IMG/VR virus record: IMGVR_UViG_3300042939_000259 | Location: 1-41,247 of that record | DNA: 41,247 nucleotides | Reading direction: 5' to 3' (one strand) | Source: a virus | Taxonomy: Duplodnaviria; Caudoviricetes | In this document: piece by piece, positions 1 to 9,548 of the stretch | How the letters are laid out: each line of letters opens with the position of its first letter | Position numbering within the stretch: position 1 is the first letter of the stretch | The notes under the pieces: generated by a model | Told to the model about the DNA's origin: nothing | The model's input: only the letters and a program-made list of their open reading frames with translations | Database searches by the model: none | Position numbers and translations under genes: made by a program

Positions 1-28
1 AATATCTTTACAGCTAAATACTAAACAC

Positions 29-589
29 ATGATTTTCAGAAAGCGAAACAGAGCAGAACAAAACGAAAAGAACTATTCAAAGTGGCTTAAAACCTACATT
101 CCCGAAACAACAAAACAGCGTATTGAGTTAACAAGGGTATTTACAGACCGCCAAGGTAATAACTTCTATATTCTTAAAAACCCTGCAAATTTAACGCGTG
201 AACGTGCGCAAAGGATTGAGGAAGCCATGACCGCTATTGATTACGGTATTCATAAAAACGAAGTAGTTGAAAAACTATCAGGCATTTTAGAAACGGTTGA
301 GGATATGCCCTGGCAAAATATGACACGCGAAAAGCTAAAGGAATTTCACACTAAGTCTAAAGACCAATTAAATGATATTATTTATAGGCTTAAAAGTGTT
401 AAGATTGATGACCTACTATTAGAAGCTGGTTTGTATTTTTTCTATATCGATAATGAAAACCCATACATAATAAATTCAGAAACACAACAGCGCAAAATGG
501 ATGCAATAAAAAAAGATGATGAACTGCGCGCTTTTTTTTTGAACAGTATAGAACAAATCTTGAAAGGTTCGAGCGCTTCAAACGTTTAA
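29..589 (+). CDS. Tail assembly chaperone (lambda gpG-like)
   Basis: 186 aa ORF just upstream of the tape measure gene, with a T9 slippery run near its 3' end. Confidence 0.7.
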   Translation: MIFRKRNRAEQNEKNYSKWLKTYIPETTKQRIELTRVFTDRQGNNFYILKNPANLTRERAQRIEEAMTAIDYGIHKNEVVEKLSGILETVEDMPWQNMTREKLKEFHTKSKDQLNDIIYRLKSVKIDDLLLEAGLYFFYIDNENPYIINSETQQRKMDAIKKDDELRAFFLNSIEQILKGSSASNV

Positions 590-834
590 ATTTTCCAAGG
601 CTAAACAAGATAGACCCTAAAGCAAAACCGATTAAAAAACCGCAAACATACCAACACGCTTTACAAAAACTAAAAGAACAAAACCGCGAAAATGATTATA
701 TAATAACTAAGGGCGACCCGGTACAAATGGCAAATGTTAGGTTTTGGGTTATTCGTGATTATTACGCGGCACTTGAACAAATATTAAAAGATAATGATAG
801 GGCAGAACAGGCTCAAAAAAATATAAAAAAGTAA
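532..834 (+). CDS. -1 frameshift extension of tail chaperone (gpGT-like)
   Basis: T9 at 532-540; the -1 frame is open for 97 codons after it (EQYRTNLERF...QAQKNIKK) and stops at TAA 832-834, overlapping the next ATG. Confidence 0.75.
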   Translation, partial: FFFEQYRTNLERFERFKRLNFPRLNKIDPKAKPIKKPQTYQHALQKLKEQNRENDYIITKGDPVQMANVRFWVIRDYYAALEQILKDNDRAEQAQKNIKK

Positions 835-3551
835 TGGCAGAAATTAAAGATGTTTATAGTTTAGAATTTAATAGTTCACAGTTTCAAACTGAAATAAATT
901 CAGCTATTGCAAGTATCGACCAACTAAATACAGCTATGGCTGAGGGCGTTGATGTTGCCGATGAACTTGAAGAAGCACAAGCGAACTTAGTTAACGTTTT
1001 AGGAACTGAGGCTAAAGGCGTTGAACAATTAAACCAAAAGCGTAACGTTTTAGTAAATACACAAAAACAAGTTAACGCCGAATCTAAAACAGGTGTAACA
1101 GTTGGCAGGCAATTAGATACTACAAATAAACAGATAGCAGTAAGTACAGGACAGGCGGCAACACAGCAAAGGGGATTAGGTCAAACGCTATTATCTGGAA
1201 CACGTGCAATAGGTCAAATGCGCCGCGTCACTTCGACCTTGACATTTGCGTTTAGGGCTTTATCGGCTGCAATTCCATTTGGTTTTATACTTAGTTTTGC
1301 AGGGCCTATTATAGAATTTTTTAGTAATTTGTTTACATCGACTGACAACACAGCCGATAACATGGAAAGGTTAAATGATACTACATTAAGCTTATCAGAA
1401 CGTATAGGTATAGCAGAAGTTGAACTTGAAAAGCTAAATGCTATTGAAAGTAACCGCGGCAAACTTACAGATGAAGAAGAAAAAAGAAGGCGCGAATTAA
1501 CAAAAACATATGAAGAAACTTCTAATGAAATTGTAAGAATAGAACAAGAACGCGCGGATAAAATTAGAGAAATAGAATTTGCTTTAGCTGATGCACGTGT
1601 ACAGTTATTAGGTGATACTTCACAAGGTATTATTGAATCTGCTGAATTGCAAACACAAAAGTTGTATAATGAAATTAGTGAAAGAATAGCTGAATCAAAT
1701 AAAAGAAGAATTGAAATTCAAAAAGATTTAGCACAAGCTCAAGCTGAATTTGCTTTAACAAGTAGCTCTGATGCAGCAATTAGAATTAGAAATTTAGAAG
1801 ATTTAGTACAAAAATCATTTGCAGCTGAACAAAAAATATTTCAAGAACAAGATTTACGTGAACAGGTTATTCAAAAGGAAAAAAACAAACGCCTTAATGA
1901 TATAGCAGAAAAAAACAGACAGGACCAACGTAAAAAAGCACTTGACGCTGCGAATAAAGCAATTGAAGATGAAACAAACAGATTAAAACTTGAAATTTTA
2001 AGAACACAAGAAGGTAGCATTGAGCGTGTAGAAGCCGAAGCTAATCTAATCGACCAATTGTTAATTCTAAGACAGAAGTATGCAAAAGAATTAGAACTTG
2101 ATGATACCGAACTAAAAATTATGCAATTGGAAGGCTTAGAAGAAAGGGAAAAGCTATTCGATAAATACTACGAAAATTTAAAAGAAAAAAAAGAAAAAAA
2201 CAAAGATGCAATTATAGGCCCAACAAAAGAAGATTTAATTCAAAAGCTAAAAGAATTGAACGATGCTTTGAAGGCTGAATCAGATTTGATTGAAAATAAC
2301 AATGAAGCTAATTTGGCTAAACAGTTGGCAGCGCTTGAAACAGAACGAAATGATAAATTGATTTATGCCGCTCAAAATATTAGCGACCAGGAACAACTTG
2401 CAAAGGCTTTTGAAGATATTGACGAAGGCTATAACAATGCACGAAAAGAAATTGAAAAGAAGGCTAATATTCAAATTCTAAATGATAGGATTAAGCTATT
2501 AGAATCTTTAAAGTTAGTTGCTACAAATTCAAATGACAAAGCAGCCGAAGCGGAATTAAACAAACAGATTGAACAGGCTAAATTGCAAGTCATTGAGTTA
2601 AACAAAATCAATACCGATGGCGCAAAGCAAAATGCAGACCGCACTAAAGCTGAACAAAAGCAAAAAGAAGAAGATGATAAGGCAATGCTTGACAAGCAAA
2701 AAGAACTTATAGACCAATCGGCACAACTAATCCAAGGCGTGTCCGATAATGTGTTTAATGTTCTTAACGCGCAAGTGCAGGCATATATTGCAGGGCTTGA
2801 CAAGGCAATAGATAAAAGCAAATCGGCATTGGATGAAATACGTTCTAATAGTGAAAATTACAACGCAAGGCAATTAGAAATTGAAAAGGAACGTTTAGAA
2901 AAATTGGAAGCTGAACGGGCGCGCGCTGTTGAACGCGAAAAAACATTAGGACAAGTACAAATAGCTATTAATGCGGCAATTGCTATTTCAAAGGCAGCTG
3001 CTGAAGGTGGTGGTGTTGCATCTGCATTTACTATTGCACTTACTTTAGCATCGCTTATTGCAGGTTTAGCACAAGCCCGTGTAGCAGCTGGCAACGCGTT
3101 TTTTCATGGTGTTGAATACTTAGAACGCGGACAAAACAAAGCAGGGCGCGACACAATCCCTGCAATGCTTAACGAAGGTGAACGCGTTATTACAACCGAT
3201 ACGAATAATAAATATTGGGATGTTCTTAGCGCTGTACACAATAACAGAATCCCTGCCGATGTTCTGAATACATTTTCTAAAGCATATCAGCAGGGCGGTA
3301 TTAAAAGCGCTTTAGGTGCATTTGGCGATAACGTTTCACTTAGTTCTGAATTAGGGCAAAAGTCTATCTTTGTAAATGTTGCGCAAACTTACGGCGGCTT
3401 AGAAAACAGATTGGAACGTATCGAAAATGTTTTAACTGAACTGCCAAAATACATGCCACGTACAACAGTAAGTGCCAACGCAAACGGTATATTTAGAATT
3501 GTAGAACAAAGACAAGCGCGTAAAAACTTTTCAAAAAATTGGTCAAAATGA
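834..3551 (+). CDS. Tail tape measure protein
   Basis: 905 aa, helical/coiled-coil, two hydrophobic Ala/Gly-rich segments, C-terminal FxxG...DTIPAMLNEGERVI motif typical of TMPs. Confidence 0.85.
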   Translation: MAEIKDVYSLEFNSSQFQTEINSAIASIDQLNTAMAEGVDVADELEEAQANLVNVLGTEAKGVEQLNQKRNVLVNTQKQVNAESKTGVTVGRQLDTTNKQIAVSTGQAATQQRGLGQTLLSGTRAIGQMRRVTSTLTFAFRALSAAIPFGFILSFAGPIIEFFSNLFTSTDNTADNMERLNDTTLSLSERIGIAEVELEKLNAIESNRGKLTDEEEKRRRELTKTYEETSNEIVRIEQERADKIREIEFALADARVQLLGDTSQGIIESAELQTQKLYNEISERIAESNKRRIEIQKDLAQAQAEFALTSSSDAAIRIRNLEDLVQKSFAAEQKIFQEQDLREQVIQKEKNKRLNDIAEKNRQDQRKKALDAANKAIEDETNRLKLEILRTQEGSIERVEAEANLIDQLLILRQKYAKELELDDTELKIMQLEGLEEREKLFDKYYENLKEKKEKNKDAIIGPTKEDLIQKLKELNDALKAESDLIENNNEANLAKQLAALETERNDKLIYAAQNISDQEQLAKAFEDIDEGYNNARKEIEKKANIQILNDRIKLLESLKLVATNSNDKAAEAELNKQIEQAKLQVIELNKINTDGAKQNADRTKAEQKQKEEDDKAMLDKQKELIDQSAQLIQGVSDNVFNVLNAQVQAYIAGLDKAIDKSKSALDEIRSNSENYNARQLEIEKERLEKLEAERARAVEREKTLGQVQIAINAAIAISKAAAEGGGVASAFTIALTLASLIAGLAQARVAAGNAFFHGVEYLERGQNKAGRDTIPAMLNEGERVITTDTNNKYWDVLSAVHNNRIPADVLNTFSKAYQQGGIKSALGAFGDNVSLSSELGQKSIFVNVAQTYGGLENRLERIENVLTELPKYMPRTTVSANANGIFRIVEQRQARKNFSKNWSK

Positions 3552-3586
3552 CATGCTTTTGTATAAACATTTAAACATTATAAATT

Positions 3587-3712
3587 ATGCCAATTAAAAA
3601 ATGTATCCCAGGCGATAACAAATGCATTTCAAAAGTTATTAAGCAGTTAGTTGCTGAAGGCTACCCACAAGAACAAGCGGTGGCAATCGCTTTAAATACA
3701 GTTAAGAAATGA
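3587..3712 (+). CDS. Small phage protein, 41 aa (EGYPQEQAVAIAL motif)
   Basis: Read by hand: MPIKKCIPGDNKCISKVIKQLVAEGYPQEQAVAIALNTVKK; ATGA overlap with next gene. Confidence 0.7.
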   Translation: MPIKKCIPGDNKCISKVIKQLVAEGYPQEQAVAIALNTVKK

Positions 3713-4038
3713 AATACTTAATAGGTGTTGTAATAGTGCTAATATCTGTACTGCTATACATTACAATTGATAACAGCAACAAGCTGCAAAAACAGATACA
3801 AAAAAATGAACAGCGAACCCGTGACAGTTTGTCACAAATATATGCTAAATTTGTGACAAAATCGGATAGCCTGCAAGCGCATATAGATACGATGCAATCA
3901 GCATTAGACAAACAAATAAAACACTTTAGATATGACTTACACAGAATTAAGATTATTCAAATACCGAGTGTTAATTATAGCAACGTTACTGACACTTTGC
4001 TCATTGGCCGCCTCCTGTCAAATTACAAAGGTCGATAA
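3709..4038 (+). CDS. Putative inner-membrane spanin-like protein
   Basis: N-terminal TM helix followed by coiled coil; overlapped by a downstream secreted protein in the +1 frame. Confidence 0.5.
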   Translation: MKYLIGVVIVLISVLLYITIDNSNKLQKQIQKNEQRTRDSLSQIYAKFVTKSDSLQAHIDTMQSALDKQIKHFRYDLHRIKIIQIPSVNYSNVTDTLLIGRLLSNYKGR

Positions 4039-4378
4039 TGGTTTTTTAATTAGCCGCGACTATGCTGAATTTATCGCCGCACGTTTTGATAGCTTAGAAA
4101 CATATAAGAAATACGCTGGCAAACTTGAAACATGCGACAGTATATTATATAATGCAGAAATGGTTATTTCAGCCATGAAAGTACAATATAACATGCAAAG
4201 CGACATGCTAAAATTAAAAGACGCTATGATTGAAAGTTATGAACGCGGCAACATAATTTGTAATGACTATGCAAAGCAAATCAAAAAAGAAAAGCGTCTT
4301 AAAAAAGTGTGGAAAATAACAACTTACGCGTTTATTAGTGTATCTTTGGGCGCGTTAACATATTCAATATTTAAATGA
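3932..4378 (+). CDS. Putative spanin-like exported protein with C-terminal TM helix
   Basis: Signal peptide ending LAASC|Q, helical middle, C-terminal hydrophobic helix; 107 nt overlap with previous ORF. Confidence 0.45.
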   Translation: MTYTELRLFKYRVLIIATLLTLCSLAASCQITKVDNGFLISRDYAEFIAARFDSLETYKKYAGKLETCDSILYNAEMVISAMKVQYNMQSDMLKLKDAMIESYERGNIICNDYAKQIKKEKRLKKVWKITTYAFISVSLGALTYSIFK

Positions 4379-6066
4379 ACGGCTTACTAATATTTTTTGA
4401 TGGGATACCTCAGGACTTAGATAACTTCAACGGTACTGAATCTGCAAGTTTTGTTTTTCGCCGCAAAGATGAAGCGGGCGATTCGGCGTTTAGTTTTGCC
4501 CCTGAATTAACTGTTGTTGGCGATACCTACGAATATGTCAGACAACAAATAATAAACGCGCCAAATCCAAATATTGCAGCCATACAAGTATTGATTTACG
4601 ATACATGCTGCACAAATCCCGATGGCTCAGACCGTTTATTATTTACGGGCAAAATTGAAGGCGGTTCCGTACGTTGGTGCACGTTCCCTACATGTGAGGC
4701 GCAAGTTACTGTAGTAGATAATAGTGTAGATGCTGAGGCAATAAGGTGTTTGAAGGAGCATTTTCCGTGGGATGTTATAAATAATGATAGTAATGTTACA
4801 ACTAAAGGATTTGATGAATTTAAAGTTGCACCATGGATGTATTATTGTAATGACCCAAAGCCAAGTGGAACACAAGAAGCAATAATGGTTATAGGGATAT
4901 TTATTTTTTTAGTTACTGCGCCTTTATTATTTTTATTTCAGCTTTTTAATCTTCTTGAAGGATATGACAATAATCTTTTTACTGATTTATCAAATTTAAT
5001 TCTTGGCTGTAAACGTAGACACATTACGCCATATTTAGATAGTCAATTTAAAAACTTATGCAAACTTTGCCAAATAGGCTATCAATCTTCATTGTTTGAT
5101 TCTGGAGGTTTCTATCATAATACTGTAAGAATGGATGCCGCTTTTGTACCAGGCACAAAGGCTTATCCTTGGGAAACTTTTGGCGAAAATGTATATCAAG
5201 ATAATAAACCAAACTTAAACGGGATTCAATTTTTAGATGCACTAAAAGAATTTAATATTGAATGGCGTGTTGTAAATGGTGTTTTACAGATTGAGCGCAA
5301 AGATTATTTTTCAGGCGTTCAATGGTTTAATACTGATAACTTGCAAGAAAATCAATTATTATCTATTTGCTATGAGTCATTACCCGAAAGACCTGCAAGT
5401 TATGCTGAATATGAATATAGTTTAGATGGTGTTGATAATTCAGGTGATGAAGTAAGACGCAAATGGACAGACCGCGTTATAGATTGGAATATTGCAAATA
5501 ATCCGCAACAAACAGGTTTATTTACAAAAAAATTACAATATGGCGCTTCGCAATTTAGATTTGATTGGTCAGCTCCTGATGTAAACCCAATTGATAAACC
5601 TTTTTATGTTACATTTTATCCTTTTGCTCAAGATGATTATAACAAATGGGCAATGTTTATATCTAAAGGAGTTTTAACATATCCAAAACTAATAAATATT
5701 CAAAGTGTTGTAGGTCAAGATTTAAGTAATTCTAATTTTGTTAGAGGTTATGGGATACCTGATTTAATATCAATGTCAAATGGTAAATTTTTATATAATT
5801 ATCGTTGGCATATTCGTGAAAATCCTATAGTAGATATAAACGGTCAAAGTTACGACACCGCATACCAACGCCTATTTTATATCGATGACCCACGTTTAAC
5901 ATCTGTAAAAACGCGCAAAGTTACTATATCAATTTCAGCGGATTGCGATTTACTAACTACTTTAGACATTGATAAATACGTTACAACTTCGCAGGGTCAA
6001 GTTCAAATAACTGAAATAACTTACGATACAAATAATAATTCATTAACTATTCAAGGCTTAATTTAA
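4375..6066 (+). CDS. Tail tip/hub-type structural protein
   Basis: 563 aa, follows tape measure region, coupled to neighbours, beta-rich; function from position only. Confidence 0.5.
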   Translation: MNGLLIFFDGIPQDLDNFNGTESASFVFRRKDEAGDSAFSFAPELTVVGDTYEYVRQQIINAPNPNIAAIQVLIYDTCCTNPDGSDRLLFTGKIEGGSVRWCTFPTCEAQVTVVDNSVDAEAIRCLKEHFPWDVINNDSNVTTKGFDEFKVAPWMYYCNDPKPSGTQEAIMVIGIFIFLVTAPLLFLFQLFNLLEGYDNNLFTDLSNLILGCKRRHITPYLDSQFKNLCKLCQIGYQSSLFDSGGFYHNTVRMDAAFVPGTKAYPWETFGENVYQDNKPNLNGIQFLDALKEFNIEWRVVNGVLQIERKDYFSGVQWFNTDNLQENQLLSICYESLPERPASYAEYEYSLDGVDNSGDEVRRKWTDRVIDWNIANNPQQTGLFTKKLQYGASQFRFDWSAPDVNPIDKPFYVTFYPFAQDDYNKWAMFISKGVLTYPKLINIQSVVGQDLSNSNFVRGYGIPDLISMSNGKFLYNYRWHIRENPIVDINGQSYDTAYQRLFYIDDPRLTSVKTRKVTISISADCDLLTTLDIDKYVTTSQGQVQITEITYDTNNNSLTIQGLI

Positions 6067-8516
6067 TGTCTTATACTTACGATAATATACAATTAGATTG
6101 CATAGATAGCAGCGGAACTGTATTATATAACATTGCAACGTTTACGGCTGCGACTATTCCCGCCGTGCCCGTTGAAGGCTTGGCAATAGGAATAAAAGTT
6201 CGATTAACGTTTACTATAAATAGTTCGGGCGCTAATAGCTTTTTAAATAAACAACTAAGATTTAACCCGGGGCTTTATGTTTTATCAAATCCTATTAACG
6301 CTTTAGATTTTGGATATGAAACATTGAACCCATTAAGCACCACGCCACAACAAGCTGTTTTAAATGTTCCTATTCCCACGTTGCAAAATATTTATTGTGA
6401 GATGTCAAAGAATGCAGCGCCTCACGATGTAGCCACAGTAATATTTGAATTTTACGTTACGAATGATACTACTAACTTTATATTTGGCAATTCATCTAAT
6501 TCAAATGTCAATAGATTTTTAGCATCAAGTTCTTTAGGTTTGCCTAATAACATAGGTCAAATAGTTTACAACCAAACAAAGAATTTAAGTTTAGGCTGTA
6601 AAGTTTTTGATTCGGCAGGTTTTGACATGGTTGTAACAACTCCCGTTGGTGCAAGATTCGCAAACATACTTGTAGATGCCCGTTGGTACAATTCAGACTA
6701 TTTAGGGTATAGCTTATTGATGCGATATATTAACACACTTGAAATTAGTTCAGCATCGCAAACGGCTGCAAGTTTGCCACTACTTACCGATGCAACAGCA
6801 ACAGGCGCACAACCAAATTTAACAACAATTCCAAACGCTATTTTTACTGTTACGAATAATCAGTTGGCAGTAGGTGAAGATAATACAGTTAGAATATTAT
6901 TAAGGGGCGAAGCATATAACGGCTCAGTTGCAAACCCTGCAATTTCTGATATTCGCGTTTTATTTTTTAGGGTTGACACGGCTTTAAACAATACAGATTT
7001 TGTTACTGACTTACAATTATCTGATGCCGTAATACCGCAAGCAACGCCTGGCAGCGGTCAACTTAACGGCGCTATTTATTCGCCTTCGGATTGGTTTGAA
7101 GATGTACCAAATCCCGATGATATTGAAGTGCAATTTACTATTGATGGTTCACAGCTACAAATAAACGGTCAATATTACATAGTAGTAAATATTCACGATA
7201 GCGCAAATCCTGAATATGTAACTTCGCATTTAAGCCCATTATTAACGGCTACATACACAGCGCCTGCAATACCAACGTTAACAGGATTTATTAGCACGTA
7301 CAATACTGAGTACAGCGGGAACGAATTAACAATAGCACCGCACCAACGTATTAAGGCCCGTTTAGCAATTGACAAAGCAAGCTACGTAACCGCGCTAAGT
7401 GCAATTGGTTTAGTAGGTAATTTTAATAGAAGTGTAGCAGGCATTATTTGCAGGCTTACAAATGTGCCGGGAGTAGTTAACCAAGTGCAAGGTTTTATAC
7501 CTGCATCGCCACCAATTACAACGGCTGATATGATTATTGTAACCAATGATGCAACCGATTTAGTTTTAGATTGTATCTTTAGAATAGCTGAAGAATATGC
7601 AGGTACATCGACCGAAATAACATGGACTATTAGTTTAAATCAGCCGACTTCAACAAATGGAATAACACAATTTACTCAAATAGATTATGTTCAAAAATTA
7701 GATGTCGATGTTTTCGAAAATGATGCAATAACGCCTAATTTATTAAGCATTAAATTTTACGATTTAGCTGATTATATTTTAGGCATTAAAACCGAAATAA
7801 TTGATATTTGCGATGCTGACCAAATAATAGCAGAAGTTGAAAAAGACCCAACGTTCACAGGGTCAATAAACTTCATTGCTACCATTTACCCTGCAAATGA
7901 ATTAGGCGATACAAATAATAATGCTATTGAAGAAGAATCAAGTTGGCAACCTATTGTAGTACAAATGCAACAATTAGTTAGTGGTAAACTTGACGATGTC
8001 GATGCATCATTTGCGCCTTCAAATGAAGCTATTTTCAAAATAAACGTACAGCAATTAACGCAAGGGCAACGTTATTGGGTTACAGGTATTGCATATCAGC
8101 AAGTGCCCGATTATTGCCCTATCGGCTTAGTTGCATTAACAAGTACTTCAACTTATAGAACTGTTGGCGTTTTACCTTTGTGGACAATTACAGGCAATCC
8201 AACGGCGGTAATAGCTGAAATATTAGCGCATCCCGATTATGTAGGCGGTATAAATGTTGTTCAAAATAACTTTGTCGATAATGCAAATAGTCCCATAGGC
8301 GTTTTAAGTTACGCAGGCAATGTAGTAACAGCAATAAAGATTAACGAAACAATTGGAACGGCTTTTTATAGGTTTATAGTTGATGCTGATTTTGACCCAG
8401 GCACAGGCCCGCACACAATTAGACATGAAATTTTAATGTCAGTTCCATTGCCTGCACCAAGTTTAGTACCGTTAGTTACTTTTGATAATAACTATAAATG
8501 TAGCGATTTAGGTTAA
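6066..8516 (+). CDS. Large virion structural (tail) protein
   Basis: 816 aa, T/S/N/P-rich beta composition, TAATG coupling. Confidence 0.5.
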   Translation: MSYTYDNIQLDCIDSSGTVLYNIATFTAATIPAVPVEGLAIGIKVRLTFTINSSGANSFLNKQLRFNPGLYVLSNPINALDFGYETLNPLSTTPQQAVLNVPIPTLQNIYCEMSKNAAPHDVATVIFEFYVTNDTTNFIFGNSSNSNVNRFLASSSLGLPNNIGQIVYNQTKNLSLGCKVFDSAGFDMVVTTPVGARFANILVDARWYNSDYLGYSLLMRYINTLEISSASQTAASLPLLTDATATGAQPNLTTIPNAIFTVTNNQLAVGEDNTVRILLRGEAYNGSVANPAISDIRVLFFRVDTALNNTDFVTDLQLSDAVIPQATPGSGQLNGAIYSPSDWFEDVPNPDDIEVQFTIDGSQLQINGQYYIVVNIHDSANPEYVTSHLSPLLTATYTAPAIPTLTGFISTYNTEYSGNELTIAPHQRIKARLAIDKASYVTALSAIGLVGNFNRSVAGIICRLTNVPGVVNQVQGFIPASPPITTADMIIVTNDATDLVLDCIFRIAEEYAGTSTEITWTISLNQPTSTNGITQFTQIDYVQKLDVDVFENDAITPNLLSIKFYDLADYILGIKTEIIDICDADQIIAEVEKDPTFTGSINFIATIYPANELGDTNNNAIEEESSWQPIVVQMQQLVSGKLDDVDASFAPSNEAIFKINVQQLTQGQRYWVTGIAYQQVPDYCPIGLVALTSTSTYRTVGVLPLWTITGNPTAVIAEILAHPDYVGGINVVQNNFVDNANSPIGVLSYAGNVVTAIKINETIGTAFYRFIVDADFDPGTGPHTIRHEILMSVPLPAPSLVPLVTFDNNYKCSDLG

Positions 8517-8541
8517 AATTTTTTAATTTAATTTTTATTTG

Positions 8542-8549
8542 TATCTTTG
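8542..8549 (+). promoter_or_regulatory. Bacteroidota -7 promoter element TATCTTTG
   Basis: Matches TAnnTTTG in an AT-rich gap, 7 nt before ATG 8557. Confidence 0.6.
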
Positions 8550-8556
8550 CAAATAT

Positions 8557-9510
8557 ATGTTAGTAAATTATCCTGTTTCATATACGCCCGAAATAAGTAG
8601 GACATATTCATTTAGGCAGCCTGTACCTATTAGGTATGCCTGCCCTATTTTGCCTGGTAACTTAATGCAAAACGAAACCGATGCTTGGAACTGTAATTTG
8701 TGCGGTTCTGATTTGCCGTTTTATATTCCTTATGTGCAGGGCGATGTAATACCGTTTCAAACACAAGTTACTGATTTATATAATCAGCCTAACAGCGTTT
8801 TAGTAGCAGGATTTCAAACAAGTACAAGCACTTCGCATTATGTAGTAGTTAGCTTATATGATTGTTGCGGTTCACTTATAAGTGAATTTATAGATGATTT
8901 TTCAGATAGTTATCATGTAGGTCAAAGCCTTTCAACGGGTAGCATACAAACATGGTTTGTTAATACGGGTTTGTTTCCTGCTGATTTGGATTGCTTTAGA
9001 TTATATATTGACTATTACAAAATAAATCAGATAACCTTAGAACCTGAATTAGATAAAAGGTTATTTACAGAATACTATAAAAAAGTTGAAGGCTGTGGAA
9101 ACTTAAACGACACTTCATTGATTTATAGTACTTATGCAAATTATGATTGCAACGGTAATTTTTACGGAACTTTGAGTAACTATTTAGGTTCTAATAATAC
9201 GCCGTTTTATAATTCGCTTAGAATCTTTGGAACTGTTGAGTTCTTTGGCGATACTGAAGCGATAACAGAAAATGACAGAAATGTAGTTATCAGTAAAGAT
9301 ATAACAGAAAATTACGGCATTATTTCGGGCGCTGTACCGCCGTTTTACATTAAGTTACTACAACAAGCTGTGAGAGGCAATTACGTAACTGTAGATGGTG
9401 TGCAGTATCAAAACTTTAGATATGATTCTAAACCTGAAGACAACCGTATGTTTTTGTTAGACCTGACATTTGATAAAAGATGTCGATTAGATAACAAGCA
9501 ATGTAGGTGA
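8557..9510 (+). CDS. Virion structural protein (tail-associated)
   Basis: ATG 8557 preferred over TTG 8539; Cys-rich; precedes tail tube gene. Confidence 0.5.
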   Translation: MLVNYPVSYTPEISRTYSFRQPVPIRYACPILPGNLMQNETDAWNCNLCGSDLPFYIPYVQGDVIPFQTQVTDLYNQPNSVLVAGFQTSTSTSHYVVVSLYDCCGSLISEFIDDFSDSYHVGQSLSTGSIQTWFVNTGLFPADLDCFRLYIDYYKINQITLEPELDKRLFTEYYKKVEGCGNLNDTSLIYSTYANYDCNGNFYGTLSNYLGSNNTPFYNSLRIFGTVEFFGDTEAITENDRNVVISKDITENYGIISGAVPPFYIKLLQQAVRGNYVTVDGVQYQNFRYDSKPEDNRMFLLDLTFDKRCRLDNKQCR

Positions 9511-9548
9511 GGTCGTATTCATTTACAAATATTTTAAAAACAAAAAAC

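Noticed and set aside
399-3911. Minus-strand ORFs in the track (399, 1214, 2280, 2471, 2858, 3702) and similar antisense ORFs elsewhere
   Set aside because: Shadows of long coding genes on the other strand; no motifs or start context
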